Below are positions 13,529-25,235 of a DNA stretch of 64,000 bases, in pieces (the first letter of the stretch is position 1; every line of letters starts with the position of its first letter). A model generated the notes under the pieces. That model worked only from the letters and a program-made list of their open reading frames with translations, was not told where the DNA came from and made no database searches. A program made the translations under genes and the position numbers. The stretch spans positions 14,856,550 through 14,920,549 of the forward strand of contig CM082579.2 in the NCBI GenBank assembly GCA_040954595.2. The letters run 5' to 3'. Origin of the DNA: Balanoglossus misakiensis. Taxonomy: Eukaryota; Animalia; Hemichordata.

Positions 13529-14267
13529 TATGGGACTAAACTTGACAGATACCCGGAATATTTTCCTATTCAGGATACCTGGTTGCATTTCCACCTAAAG
13601 GCGTCCTATTGGCGTGGAAATTGTATAACTTGAAATCGTTTGACTGGGTGATAGGTATTAATATCTTATGATGTTATAAAACACTTGGCTCGCCGAAGGT
13701 ATGGACCGATTATAGCGTCAGTCGTGTCATACAATCTATATGAACGTCATGGGTCAATAAACTTGATGGTCCAATAAAATTCAATGGTTAGTAAAACTAT
13801 TGTGTCCAATGTCTGCAGAGTATACTGGCTGCAACATGTGTATGAGTCAGGATTAATGTCTGTAGCCATCAACCCAAAAGGTGAACGTCCTATTCTCACT
13901 AACTTAAATAGGTTTTGCGACCTAGTCTAGTTATAAAAACCTTATGATAAAGTCGACACAATTTCAAGATGACGATGTGCAAATGAGAGTTCATAAGCTA
14001 AAGTAAAGTTCAATGAATTCTATACAAAGTTCAAAAAAGATTGTTTACTAAAGGAAGACATGAAAAAACTGATATCGTCTCTTCATATTCGTACATGTCC
14101 AACTGTTGTGATTTGACCCCTCCCCCCCCCCCCCAGGACATGGTACATGAAGCTATTACTTAGTACACACTTAAACAATTGGCATTTGAAGTGCCTTGCT
14201 TGACAGTGTTTAATGCGGTGGTCAGTCGCGTTTATCTCTCGCCACTTCATGCATCATGTCGCCTTAA

Positions 14268-14575
14268 AGGGGCAAACTCTCTCTCCCGTCGCCCTTTTCT
14301 ATTAATAATGTTTGATACAAGACACCGTTTATATTAATGGGCATGTGTATATGTAGTGAATGAACGTTCAACCACACACAACTTCCATCCTGCTTGTATG
14401 ATATGAGAGTAAAAACTCGCCCAAAATGAATAAATGGTAGAGACCGATTTTTCAGTTTGGCGAGTTTTCGCTCTCGTGTCTACATGCGGGATGGAAGGTG
14501 TGTGCGGTTGAACGTTGCATCACTATATATCCACATTTACATTAACATAAACGGTGTTTTGTATTGTCATTTCTT
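14268..14575. mobile_element. Palindromic MITE, copy 1 (TTAA target, Kolobok-like)
   Basis: Starts TTAA|AGGGGCAAA. Long internal inverted arms are centred near 14440 and the right end is degenerate. Homologous to 15358-15648. Confidence 0.75.
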
Positions 14576-15357
14576 TTAATCGTGGATTTTCGTTTCTGAT
14601 TTGTATGTATAATGAAAATCCATTTTGGGTCACTGCACTTGTTTTCGACTTTAAACAAGGCCGTGAATTTAGTCGATAATTGAAGAAAACTGCTGACGGT
14701 CAGCATTTTCTACCAATGGTTTGCCTATGGATACAATATTGAACAAAGTTTATCTCAAAATAGACCGTGGTGAATTTATTTTGATTTGTCGGAGCTATGT
14801 GTAAAATTTCCTGAAAATGACAATAATAGAAGGGAGTTTTCTAACTATTATCCATGTACTCCTATGGGAAGAGACACAGGCGCACAGTTTACCAGTTGAC
14901 GTTCTGCGCGTACATCATTGAGTGTACTGGCAGCTAACTTATTGTTTATTTGTAACAGCAATTGGATCTTGGAGCACTGTTTGGAACACCCTTTGTGAAA
15001 TATGAATGTCCAGAAGGTAAGTTGAATTGACCCTAGCCCTTTCACCAACATGGTTCAGTCAAAACCAATTGTTTTCTATGGTAATGTTGGACCTCTAAAG
15101 AGGAAACGGGGGGGGGGGGGTGATGAAAGGTTTAAGACTTACAGATCACAACTTAAATAGCCATTCAGAAAGAGGCTTAGAGTGGAGTATCAAATCGGAC
15201 GATACCACTGACTGGTGGAGGAAGACAAAATAAGCAAACTGAGTAGATGAGTGCTCAGATTTCTTCAGAGGACCAAACGTTTCAAAGAATTATACGTGAC
15301 AATCCATGCCTGGTCCGTCAGTAGATATAAACAGAACATTGTGGCTGTATTCATTAA

Positions 15358-15648
15358 AGGGACAAAGTCTCTCTCTCGCTGCCCTTTTTCCATTAATTAT
15401 GTTTGATACAAGACTGCGTTTATATTATTCTACATGTGGATATAGTGAATCAACGTTCAACCATACACACCTTCCACTCCGCTTGTATAGACACGAGAGT
15501 TTTAAAAAGTCGCCAAAATGAATAAACGGTCTCTACCATTTATTCATTTCGGGCGGGTTTTTACTCTCGTATCATACAAGCGGGATGGAAGTTGTGTGTG
15601 GTTGAACGTTCATTCACTAACATAAACGGTGTCTTGTATCATGTCCCT
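15358..15648. mobile_element. Palindromic MITE, copy 2 (TTAA TSD, Kolobok-like)
   Basis: TTAA|AGGGACA ... TGTCCCT|TTAA, with internal inverted arms (GATACAAGAC...GTCTTGTATC). Confidence 0.85.
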
Positions 15649-16429
15649 TTAACACTTTTGAAGCATTTTACTAATGCTAACATGACTAGACCAATTGAAT
15701 GATGTTACATTGCAGGTTATCAACTCAGAGGGGCGTCTTGTTATAAAGCGGTACCTGACAAACAATCAGCTGGCAACGCTGAAAATACCTGTCAGTCGTA
15801 AGTATGAAAGTATACATCATTTGAGTAGAATTTTATGGGAGATCCTAACAAGGCTTGGACATGTCACGCACAAATACAAAGGGCGCGTATAAAGACAGAC
15901 AAAACCTCGCTTAGTGTGAGGTGTTCAGCGATTGCATCTGATAAGTCGAAAATGCTTGATCACATGTCATGTTCAGTTGGGAAATTGGATATGTCTCAGG
16001 CCAAAAAAACTAATATGTGCTATTCCGATTACATGGTTTTCAAAAATAGGGTAGGTAGAAAGGGACATTTTTTTATGTTTCAATTTTTTTATATCTTTGG
16101 CCGTCGTAGTGTAGAAGAATGACATCATAGTTCTTGCGTGATTCTCGCAATTTTCATGAATTGTTGTATATTTGACATCGTTATTTTTACTTCCGGTTTA
16201 CGAAGATCTAAACTGTTTTGGGTCGGCGGGCTAAAATTAGGGTAGTTCGGGTAATCGTTATGACATTGGGAGCTACGGCTGCAAAGCCATGTGTCTCGTG
16301 CGAAAAGGGCCCTTAACCTTTTGCAATATTTAACAGCAAACAACAGACAGTTTTGAGAATAAAAGGTTTCCGTCGTGTCTGACTTTCATATCGCATTAAT
16401 AGCATATCCCTAAATTTAAAGAAATTAGG

Positions 16430-16630
16430 AGAGACAGAGTGAAACAGGCAGAGTGGCAGACAGACACAAGCAGACAGACAGAGCAACATTCATCAGTAGA
16501 GACACTCATCGGTCGCTCGCTCGCTCGCTCGCTCACTCTCTCTCTCAGAGAGAGGGGGCAGACAGTCAGACAGACCGACGTTGACAGACAGTCAGTAAGT
16601 CAGTCAGCCAGTTAATCAGTCAGTCAGACG
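16430..16630. repeat. Compound microsatellite (GACA)n/(CGCT)n/(CT)n/(CAGT)n
   Basis: Visible directly, e.g. CGCTCGCTCGCTCGCT at about 16515 and CAGTCAGTCAG at about 16617. Confidence 0.85.
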
Positions 16631-19164
16631 TCAAAGACACAGTGACACAAACACAGCGAGGGAGACAACAGGACCTTTCATGCTTAAACCCCTGTTCTTC
16701 TGTTATAAACTTTGAAAACCGTTCGTTTTCAGACTGCAGATTGCTCGAATAACGCGACACACTGCCGAAACAATAAAACAAATACTAGTGGGAGCTCATA
16801 AAAGAAAATCGCTCAACCATTCCGTCGTCCTGAGTGACCTCAGCCACATTAATTCCGACGTCTTTTTAGGGTCATGAAAAAAGTCACAAATAAGGTATTT
16901 CCCCTAGGTCCACCTGAAGCAAAAAGTTTTCGTTTCGACTCCATCATTCCGAATAGTAAGAAAGCAACAAAATTGAAAAGACAGATGTAAAATGCACTCT
17001 CTCTCACGTGGTAACGTTTGTAACTATGGCAATCACGGTACGTGTTCAGTACACAGACAGGGAGAAAAGTTTCTCCATGCAATACATGTGTTCAGTAAGG
17101 TTTGACCTTGGTTTTACTTTGTACCATGATCGCCGCTTTCTAAGCATGGATGAACGACGGCGGTCAGACCCAATCGAACCCTTTCATGTCAGATGACCAC
17201 GGTATCTCCACTGTGAGATGACATTTGACAAACCATTTGATTTCAACAAAATCTTCGCGTCGTCAACGCGTCGCATACCAGTCGCATATCGGTATTTACC
17301 CAATCATAAAAGTTGGAAATTCGGGAGACTCGATCTGCAACCAAGTTGAGAGTAAATTTTGACGTTTGACTATTGGCAAGTAAACAGGTTACACAATGAC
17401 TTGTCGGTTTTTCCTCCGTCATGGTCGTTCTCGACCCAAGTCCCCCCTCCCAATGTCCTTCCTTGACATTTAGACACACCTTGCGGTATGACCTTGGTGG
17501 TCATGTGCAATTAGTTTTCTTGTATAAAAGCTTTTCATGCCGGGGTAGACGACTTGTGCGTGGATCATCAACATTTCAGTGATATTTCAACGCAAAGTTT
17601 TAGCAATATTAAGAAAACAGGTAGTGAGGTGTCAAATGCATATCAATGTACGAAAATTAGGTCAAGCCACCCGACAGCAACCGCTTTCACACAGTGTCGG
17701 ACGTTGCACGGAATGTGAAACGTTACACTGCTTCGGCCGTTCACATGCACCTGGGCGTGGGTTTGATTGATGGTCAAACGCCCCCACTTACTTTGGGCGT
17801 TTTCAATGGTAAATGTGTCGTATTGATCGAAACCTTGCCGTAAACACATTTTTTTTGCTGAATCAACATTCAGAGTTCAGCCGTCTAGTTAACGAAGTAT
17901 TGAAGTAAGCCACTTGTTCATCATTTTTTGTCTGTCAAACGTGTTAATTCGGACAGGGACCGGCCGCCAATGAGGGGTTTAGGGAGCCCACACGTACACT
18001 CTGGTACCTGGACAATTAACATAGACATGTCGTGTGTACCGTCCGGTTCGAAAAGATTGGTTTAAGGTAGTCCTGGTAACAGTCATCCTAACGAGGCCAG
18101 GGGAGGTCTCCAAGGGCGAAATAAACATAGCTACCGATGACGAGTCGAATTCGAATCGGACGATGCTTGTTCATAAAAGGCACAGACATAAAGCTTCGAA
18201 GTTTTTTGTCTGTGTAGTAAAGATACGACTAATCAGCCTATAGTGTAACCGTAGACCCTGGAGAAATACCAGAGCACAGCACAATGCAGCAAATGGAGGG
18301 AAACAAGAACAAAGCTTAGTCTCTGCCGCAAACAAAGCTAAATCACATATTGACACTCCAAATAGAAGCAAGACAGCCGGGGGGGGGGGGGGAGGCACAG
18401 TTGTAGATTGCGGTGTTGACCCGCCCCTTCCACATCCTGTAGATGTTTGTGCGTCCAAGGCATTTTTGATAAAATATAGACTTTTGTTTTTAGCTCGAGT
18501 GTGGCCTAAGTATATCACCGTTCACACGAAAAATGTCTGTCTTTTTCAAAACGTTGTATTATACTTCTGTGTAATTTGAACTCTAATACAAGTGACAGTA
18601 TTAGAGGACAGATTTGGCACAGACAAAATTCGTATTAACAAACCACAGAGAAAACGTCAAAATGGAGCGATTTATAAAATGATCAATTCCACGAGTTTGC
18701 AAATTAAAGTTAAAGAGATACAGTTTCATTGGGTGGATCACTATCCTAGAGCGGTCTGGAAGCATGGGTGGATTTTTACCTGGTGTTTGTTTACCTGGTA
18801 AAAATAGGCTATTGTTCTCCCCTGCTTTTCATAGCGGATTTTTTAACACGTCTCCTCGAGATCAAACATTAATGAGCGATTAAAAGCGCTTCGTATACTT
18901 TTTGTGGGTCGAGTTGTGTTTTTCGTTTTATTTGGTCATTAATTCGATCAGAATGGATTGTTTATTGTTGTATTGTTAAAAGCTTGGATTTTATGTTTCA
19001 GTTGTGCAGAGTGCTTAAGTATGCTCGACTTGCGTGGCAATTCTGCATATTTGGAGCATTCTTTGGAATTTAATTGATTTGGACATGAGTTTGTTGTTTG
19101 GTTGGTCATGGAACAACACGTGACATTGTCTGCATGACATTCTTTAGGGTGTTCCAATTCTGTA

Positions 19165-19324
19165 AATGACATGAGGTGGTTACATAGGACCATATATGGC
19201 TGAGATGAGAACATATGGCAGCGCTCTTTTTTCGCGTGTGCCACCCACTAAAAATCTGTGATTGGCTACATCTCAATTTGCCATGGTAACTATAGCTAAT
19301 TTTCCATAGGTGACCGTATACCTT
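19165..19324 (-). mobile_element. Partial copy of the TTAA-target MITE at 33421-33605
   Basis: The reverse complement reads TTAA|AGGTATACGGTCACCTATGGAAAATTAGCTATAGTTACCATGG...AGCCAATCACAGATTTT, matching 33417 onward. Confidence 0.8.
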
Positions 19325-20324
19325 TAATTGCCTGTTGGTACTAAACAGCACTCTCCCCGAGTCTAGTGAAACATCATTTTGGGGGATCTGGATTTCGTGT
19401 TCATTATTGCGTGACTGATACGGCGGGTATCGATTGGAATAGGCCCTATCGTTAAAATAGAAGTTCATTCTTGTCGGGCGACCCAGGAAGGCATAAGCTT
19501 GACGTGCCTAAAGTTTGTCGGACATTGTTCGACCATCACGGCTGCAAATTGGTTTAAGTTCGACCCTGGGCCCGGTGTAGCCTGCTCCAATAGAAATGGA
19601 GAAATTAAGTATAAGGCAACAACCCGAATGTGCCACTTTTTCACTCACAGCATCCCTCTAAAACCACAGTAAGTGATAAAACAAAAGGTTAGGTCGACTT
19701 TTCATGTCCTTATGCGCATGAAAAGAAAAGAATGAGACAGGGTCAATGAAGTCTAGTATCGTGTCTTCGTGCACACGAAGACGCCCGAGCCGTTCATCAT
19801 CATGGTATTCCTCGTGGAATCTCTTGGCAAGTGCATGGCGTGTACCGAGTCAGAACATGTAAATACTGACTTCTGCCATAGACGTACCAGGTGCTTCGAC
19901 GAGTTGGCCTTCGGCATTGTGGTTTTTTGGCTTTTCTAGTGAAGCCGAAGGCCAAAACCAAGGACCGTGACTAAACTGAAAAGCCCCCACCCCCCCCCCC
20001 ATCTCCCCCCCCCCCGCCCTCACCAGTTTTTGTAGTAGATATGTTCTTCATGCCTACCCCAATTCTACCGCTGGCTGCGCTGTCACAGTGACCTCAAGCC
20101 AGGTCAAATTTGAGCTAAAAGACAAGTTCCGTCTACATACTCATGAATATTTCTTGGTTTCTTCGCGTATAAACTCAGGAATACTATGCCCCTGAAGCCT
20201 CGGCTGGCTTTGATGCACGTTATCATGTTTTAATTAGTCAAAGACCCACAGTAGCAAAGTAGGTAATTGTCTTTTTTTCACGCGTATCCTTTGGTCATAT
20301 ATTCTGCCTGCAGCCCCCAGCCCT

Positions 20325-20639
20325 TGCTGCAGTTTGAAGCCCCTCCATCTCCCCTGAACGAGTTTTGGTTTTGCCGATTGAAGTTGAATAACTGGGGAAA
20401 ACGTAGGCAAAATCGACAAATACCGCGACATCCTTTGCCAGGTAAGCGCTGTATGGGTTCCGGGACCGATTTGGCGAAAAAAGTGTGGAAAATTGTGGAC
20501 TGGAGACGTCTGGAGTGTAGAAATTCGCTCCGGGCCCAAATCCCGGTCGCTCGTTGTGCGGTTTAGAATAGCTGGGACCTGCAGCCCCGCAAAAACAAAA
20601 ATCGTCCAGGGGAGATGGAGGGGCTGCAAACTGCAGCAA
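20325..20639. mobile_element. GC-rich MITE-like element with about 50-bp inverted repeats
   Basis: TTGCTGCAGTTTGAAGCCCCTCCATCTCCCCTGAACGA (from 20325) is the imperfect reverse complement of TCGTCCAGGGGAGATGGAGGGGCTGCAAACTGCAGCAA (to 20639). TSD not resolved. Confidence 0.7.
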
Positions 20640-20880
20640 CCCCCAGCCCCACATTCGCTGATATAATTGTCACGTTCCTCGATAGTTATTATAATTTTTA
20701 GTTAGAGACGGCCTTGTAGACTCGGAATTGTAGACTAGCGACGGCTCAGCTGGCATATCGTACCACTTTTTCTGTTGCATTGCCGACCGGCCCGGCGCAA
20801 CTACCGAGGAAAGATACGGGTGTGCTCGTGGGAATTGTCAACTACCCGTTCATCGTTCGACTGCTCAACACAGATCATTG

Positions 20881-21355
20881 ATAACACAATGTCACATTTC
20901 GAACTAATTTTGAAATTCTGGATAAATTCTCCAAATATCCTGTTAATCTGGGATTTTCTTCCATCACCTTGATGCAACTGTATCAGAATTTGTCTTTTAA
21001 GTTTATTCACACCAAAAAAAAACAACAACAGCCATTTCCTGGAAATTGTCATGTTTTCTCTAAAAGAAATAAGCTGAACTTTTTTATTCAAAGGAAACGT
21101 TCAGCAAATTTTTTTCTCCCCAAAATTCAGGTGAATTTTTCACAGATTCTTTTTTCCCAGAAATTCTGCCGAAATCTACACTAATCACACACTTATTGGA
21201 AAGGTGTAACACAAAATATAGACTTTACAAACAAAAATCTAATGTTATACATTTATGAACCTCTTATTCACCAATATTAAATGTTTTCAAAGAGGAAATG
21301 TATTATTCACGGACTGGAATTTCGAAATTAGTTTGGAACATGTTTGATGTGTTAT
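20881..21355. mobile_element. Degenerate inverted-repeat element (MITE-like) just upstream of the first visible exon
   Basis: ATAACACA...AACTAATTTTGAAATTCTGG at the left pairs imperfectly with CTGGAATTTCGAAATTAGTT...TGTGTTAT at the right. Confidence 0.5.
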
Positions 21356-21373
21356 AAATTGGTTTATTTTCAG

Positions 21374-21492
21374 ATTTTATGGTGGGCACTTGACAGTAAT
21401 TGAGGGTTATTCTGAAAATCGTTATGCTGGAGCAGAGATTGTAAACCAGATTGAAGAGACTTCCAATGAAACAGCGAACCATGGTTGGATTG
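21374..21492 (+). CDS. Exon: C-type lectin domain, middle part
   Basis: ttttcag|...|gtgag; FYGGHLTVIEGYSENRYAGAEIVNQIEETSNETANHGWIG (WIG motif). Confidence 0.85.
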
Positions 21493-21705
21493 GTGAGTGT
21501 GTCTTTTAACAGTGTTTGTCAGTGTTCCCAAATAATTTGTGGGTGTATCAAGTGTAAAAAATAACTGGTTTTGGAATTTGACAGTTTACAAGTAAGCACT
21601 GCATAGTAACACTTGAATGATAATTGTCTCAAGATGGTAATTGAAAAGCCTATTTTTTACATCTCAATAACCTCACAAAATCTTGCTATTAAGTGACTCT
21701 GTATG

Positions 21706-21900
21706 CAGTTTTTCATCCAGATGGAGGGATGAGGGAATTCGCCCACTGTCAGCATGTTGGCACCCCCCTAGAAATTTGTCAAGGGGGAAATGGTGCCCCT
21801 TACAGACTCAGCGATGTCACTCATTCCCCTCCTTGCAAGAGTGCAACTATTCAAGCAAAGGGGGACATATCCCCCCCCCCCCATCCTGGATGAAACACTG
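21706..21900. mobile_element. 195-bp MITE with CAG...CTG termini and 7-bp TSD (P-element/hAT-like)
   Basis: CTGTATG|CAGTTTTTCATCCAG ... CTGGATGAAACACTG|CTGTATG. Confidence 0.8.
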
Positions 21901-21936
21901 CTGTATGCATCTTCTTTCTTTATTTCCATTTTATAG

Positions 21937-22152
21937 GATTTAGTGGACCCAATCGAGATGGCAGTGTGGAATATGATTATTCAGATGGCAGGAAAGGTAG
22001 TGTCTTTGATGGTCGATGGGCAGACACAGAACCTGATGCCTCCACTGGGCAATGTGTGAGGTTAAACCTCTTTGAAAAAAATTACCCATTGTATCATGCA
22101 AGATGTGATGATGTCAGTCTGTCAATGTGTGAAGTAGCAGCTTGTGCTGAGG
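21937..22152 (+). CDS. Exon: C-type lectin domain, C-terminal part
   Basis: tttatag|...|gtaag; FSGPNRDGSVEYDYSDG...RWADTEPDASTGQCVRL...ARCDDVSLSMCEVAACAEG. In phase with the previous exon. Confidence 0.88.
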
Positions 22153-22264
22153 GTAAGTCTGATTCAAATCAGCTAGAATCTTCCCTTACTCGCATCAGGT
22201 CTTTACTTTTCTCGCACTGCTGTAGTCACCTCCCAATATATATACTAAGAGAGAGTGTGTGCAA

Positions 22265-22552
22265 AAGAGCGGGAGGGAGAGGCTGGGAGGGGAGAGTGAG
22301 AGGGGAGGGAGAGAGAGCTGGAGAGTGACAGGGAGGGAGGGAGGGAGGGAGGGTGGTAGTGAGGGAGAGGGGGAGAGAGAACTAGAGGGAGAGGGAGGGG
22401 TAGAGGGGGGTAGGGAGGGAGAGAGAGCTAGAGAGGGGTGGGAGGGAGGGAGAGGGGTGGGAGAGGGGAGGGAGAGGGGAGGGAGAGGGGAGGGAGAGAG
22501 CTAGAGAGGGAGGGGGAGGGGGTGGAAGGGAGGGAAGGAGAGAGAGTTAGAG
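22265..22552 (+). repeat. Polypurine GA/GGGA low-complexity tract
   Basis: About 290 bp almost entirely G and A, with many GGG runs. Confidence 0.9.
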
Positions 22553-22751
22553 TCCCCTAAGCAATACAAGATATACTTGGAAGAGCTCACCACTAAAAGT
22601 TAAACAAGGGGGATCAGATCATGTGATGTCTCCTTGGGTGCAGAATGGTGTTATATTTGAAATTCAAAATTGAGGCCAGTTGTCGCTAGATAATTCCACT
22701 CATTAATTGTATGGTTATGTTTACTTAACAATTTCTTTTACACTATTTATG

Positions 22752-24224
22752 TAATAGAGAACCACCGACCCCGAGGTGGTTCTTGGTTTCTAATTGCCGA
22801 GGGCCGCAAGCCCGAGGCGATTGGAAACCAAGAACCACTGAGGGGGAGGTGGTTCTCTGACTTAAACCACGACCCCCCACAGACATTGTCACCATTGGAG
22901 CTTCGTGTACCACAAAGACGTCGTTTTACTCAACGATTCAATAAAATGAACGAACAAAAGCTTATCAAAAGAGGCTTATTCTTCATTGCTGACTGTGAAA
23001 TTTGGTTGGCCACCCCTTTTCCTATAAATGAATCATGTCGTGGGCAGGTAGTTCTAGACCGCCCTGCTGGGCCTTACAAGATCGCCCACGCTTGACAGGT
23101 GTTACTCTAAATGTTCATGCTTACGTGTCAGAGTGATATGCTAATTTCAAACACTAATTTGCATCAAATTAAACTTTACAGGTGTGTTACGTAGTGTATT
23201 ATGGGAAGCGTTACAGCTATTGGGGTTTTGCGTGCACATGGTAAGCTTACGCGAAAATTTTCTAGGCCAAATGCAGAAGGCCTACATGTAAGTGTCACGT
23301 TTTTTTTTTTATTTTCCTTCAAATGTCCATGAAATCGATCTGAAGATACATGTAGTTCCGATCTATATCATCTGCGAAAACAAGCGGCTACATGTTGGTA
23401 AAGCAAAAACCGGGTAACAATGCTCTACATGGTACTTCTGCCCGTCTGTGTATTGGCCTCCCTGGCTTTTGAACGAACCACTCTCTACGAGCCACAGCGG
23501 CAACACGTCTGTATGGTAGCGATATTGGTGAGTAACTCATCTGCGAAAAGACTTGATACCGAAGTGAATCCGTCCGACATTACAAACCCACGTCTGGTGA
23601 ACAGCAACAAAAAGTAAGCAGAATTTTGCAAGGTACGCGGGTTTTAGGCCTAAAACAGCCAACCTTGTTACATGTCGGTAGTGAAGCAAAATCGAAGTGA
23701 AGCATCTGGTTAGAGTAATACAAGCAAATCTGGGGATAATGTGATTTAGTATAATTTTCTAGAAATTTGTAGTTAGTTTATTGCAACGTTAGTTTGTTTC
23801 TGGTGAATTGATTTTTGTCTATTTTATACTTTTATTATCATGTTATGAAGACTCTCGAGAGCCACCAAGACATTAGCTTTGTACGTCAGTAGACAAAACT
23901 GTGAATGTGAAGCATTGAATGAAATGATCCGGAGACTGTCGCATATCCAGTTCGCTTTCAATTAACATAACAATTACTCTATTCAAATGAAATGTACTTT
24001 GAATACAGGTATAGAAGTAAATGTAATTATGCAAATAAAGCATTGTGTATTTGTATTTTTGTTACGACAGGTGAGACTGAGTCCTGCGGTAGTTCTAGAA
24101 CCCCCGGAGGTAGTTCTAGAACTACCCGGGACTTGGTTTTAAACCTGTGGTTTTGTGTGAGACGGAGGTTCTCTCAGTGAATGACTTGTCTATTGAATAG
24201 TGTGACGTCACGATCGTGGTTTAA
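22752..24224. mobile_element. Non-autonomous element with a terminal ~100-bp palindrome (Crypton-like architecture, tentative)
   Basis: Palindrome AGAGAACCACC...GAGGGCCGCAAGCCCGAG...GGTGGTTCTCT (22756-22858). TTAAACCACGA (22862) pairs with TCGTGGTTTAA (24214-24224). No coding capacity. Confidence 0.6.
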
Positions 24225-24302
24225 TTGTATGATCATCTCCTTTGCAACTAAAGACTACTTTTGAACTGTCAGCAGAAAGTCTGATCCTCAAAGAATTTTG
24301 TA

Positions 24303-24493
24303 CTGTAAACAGGAAATTTTCGCGAGCGATACATTTTTGCGAACTATGCGAGAGCCAAAAAAACGCGAAAATAAACAAGTTGTGTAAAAATGTTTTTCGA
24401 AGATAGCAATGCCGTGAAATATGAGAATGCGAAAATCAATCATCGCATAACAGTTGCCACTTTTGATATCATGAAAAATTTCCTGTTTTACAG
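24303..24493. mobile_element. TA-target MITE (CTGTAAA...TTTACAG; Tc1/mariner-pogo-like)
   Basis: TA|CTGTAAACAGGAAATTTT ... AAAATTTCCTGTTTTACAG|TA. Related partial copies at about 26481, 29022-29216 and 32270-32465. Confidence 0.85.
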
Positions 24494-24806
24494 TATGTCA
24501 TAAATATAAATCAGAAACAAAACTGGGCCAAGTATTTTAAGAATCTGGCATCTGTCACACTGATAGTTTGAGCTTAGAGAATCATAATATGCGGTTCTTG
24601 GAATTTTCGGGTGTGATAAATGTCGTTTCAAAATTTTTACATTTGATTTATACTAATACAAACATTGTTTTATACATGTACATTGGATACTCACTGTTGG
24701 TGAAGTAATTTTATCATCAATGAAATTTCGTCAACTTGATGAGCTGAATCTTTATGACCATTCATCACACAAACATACTCTTTCTTTTTATTTTAATGAT
24801 ATTCAG

Positions 24807-24931
24807 GAACATGTGGTGGTTTGGAAACTGGTGAATCGGGGACCTTTCACAGCACTGGATACCCAGATGATAATTATTACATTCTACAAGAATGTATTTG
24901 GACAATCCAGGGACCTGCAACATCCAGAATA
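24807..24931 (+). CDS. Exon: CUB domain 1, N-terminal half (3' end and donor disrupted)
   Basis: attcag|; TCGGLETGESGTFHSTGYPDDNYYILQECIWTIQGPATSRI. It then runs into inverted intronic sequence and TAA, with no phase-0 GT donor. Confidence 0.85.
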
Positions 24932-25235
24932 AGTGCTCACTTGTAAACTGTCAAATTCCAAAACCAGTTATTTTTTACAGTAAAACTTGCATAAACCACT
25001 AACTCTGTCTAATCTGGAAACCTGCCTATACAAAACACCTTTTCCCGTCCATTCGACATACAAACACTTTAAAAAAAACAGACACATGTATTAGATTTAA
25101 ATTCATTTCAACTAAAAAAAAAATAATTTGATTTTTTTCTTCCTTATAACAAACATGATTTTTGGTAAACTTTTGAATTAAAGGGCCATTATCTATAACT
25201 TCAGGCTAGTTTATCAGTAATTTTGTTTTGTGTTT

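Noticed and set aside
18948-19077. Hydrophobic plus-strand frame (NGLFIVVLLKAWILCFSCAEC) as a possible signal-peptide exon of the uif-like gene
   Set aside because: There is no in-frame ATG after the upstream TAA and no linking exon, so the evidence is insufficient.
22259-22504. G/E/R-rich 81-aa ORF
   Set aside because: It is a translation of the polypurine tract.
24071-24109. Strong AG acceptor and nearby GT as a candidate for the missing LDLa exon
   Set aside because: It lies inside the palindromic element and encodes no LDLa cysteine/acidic pattern.
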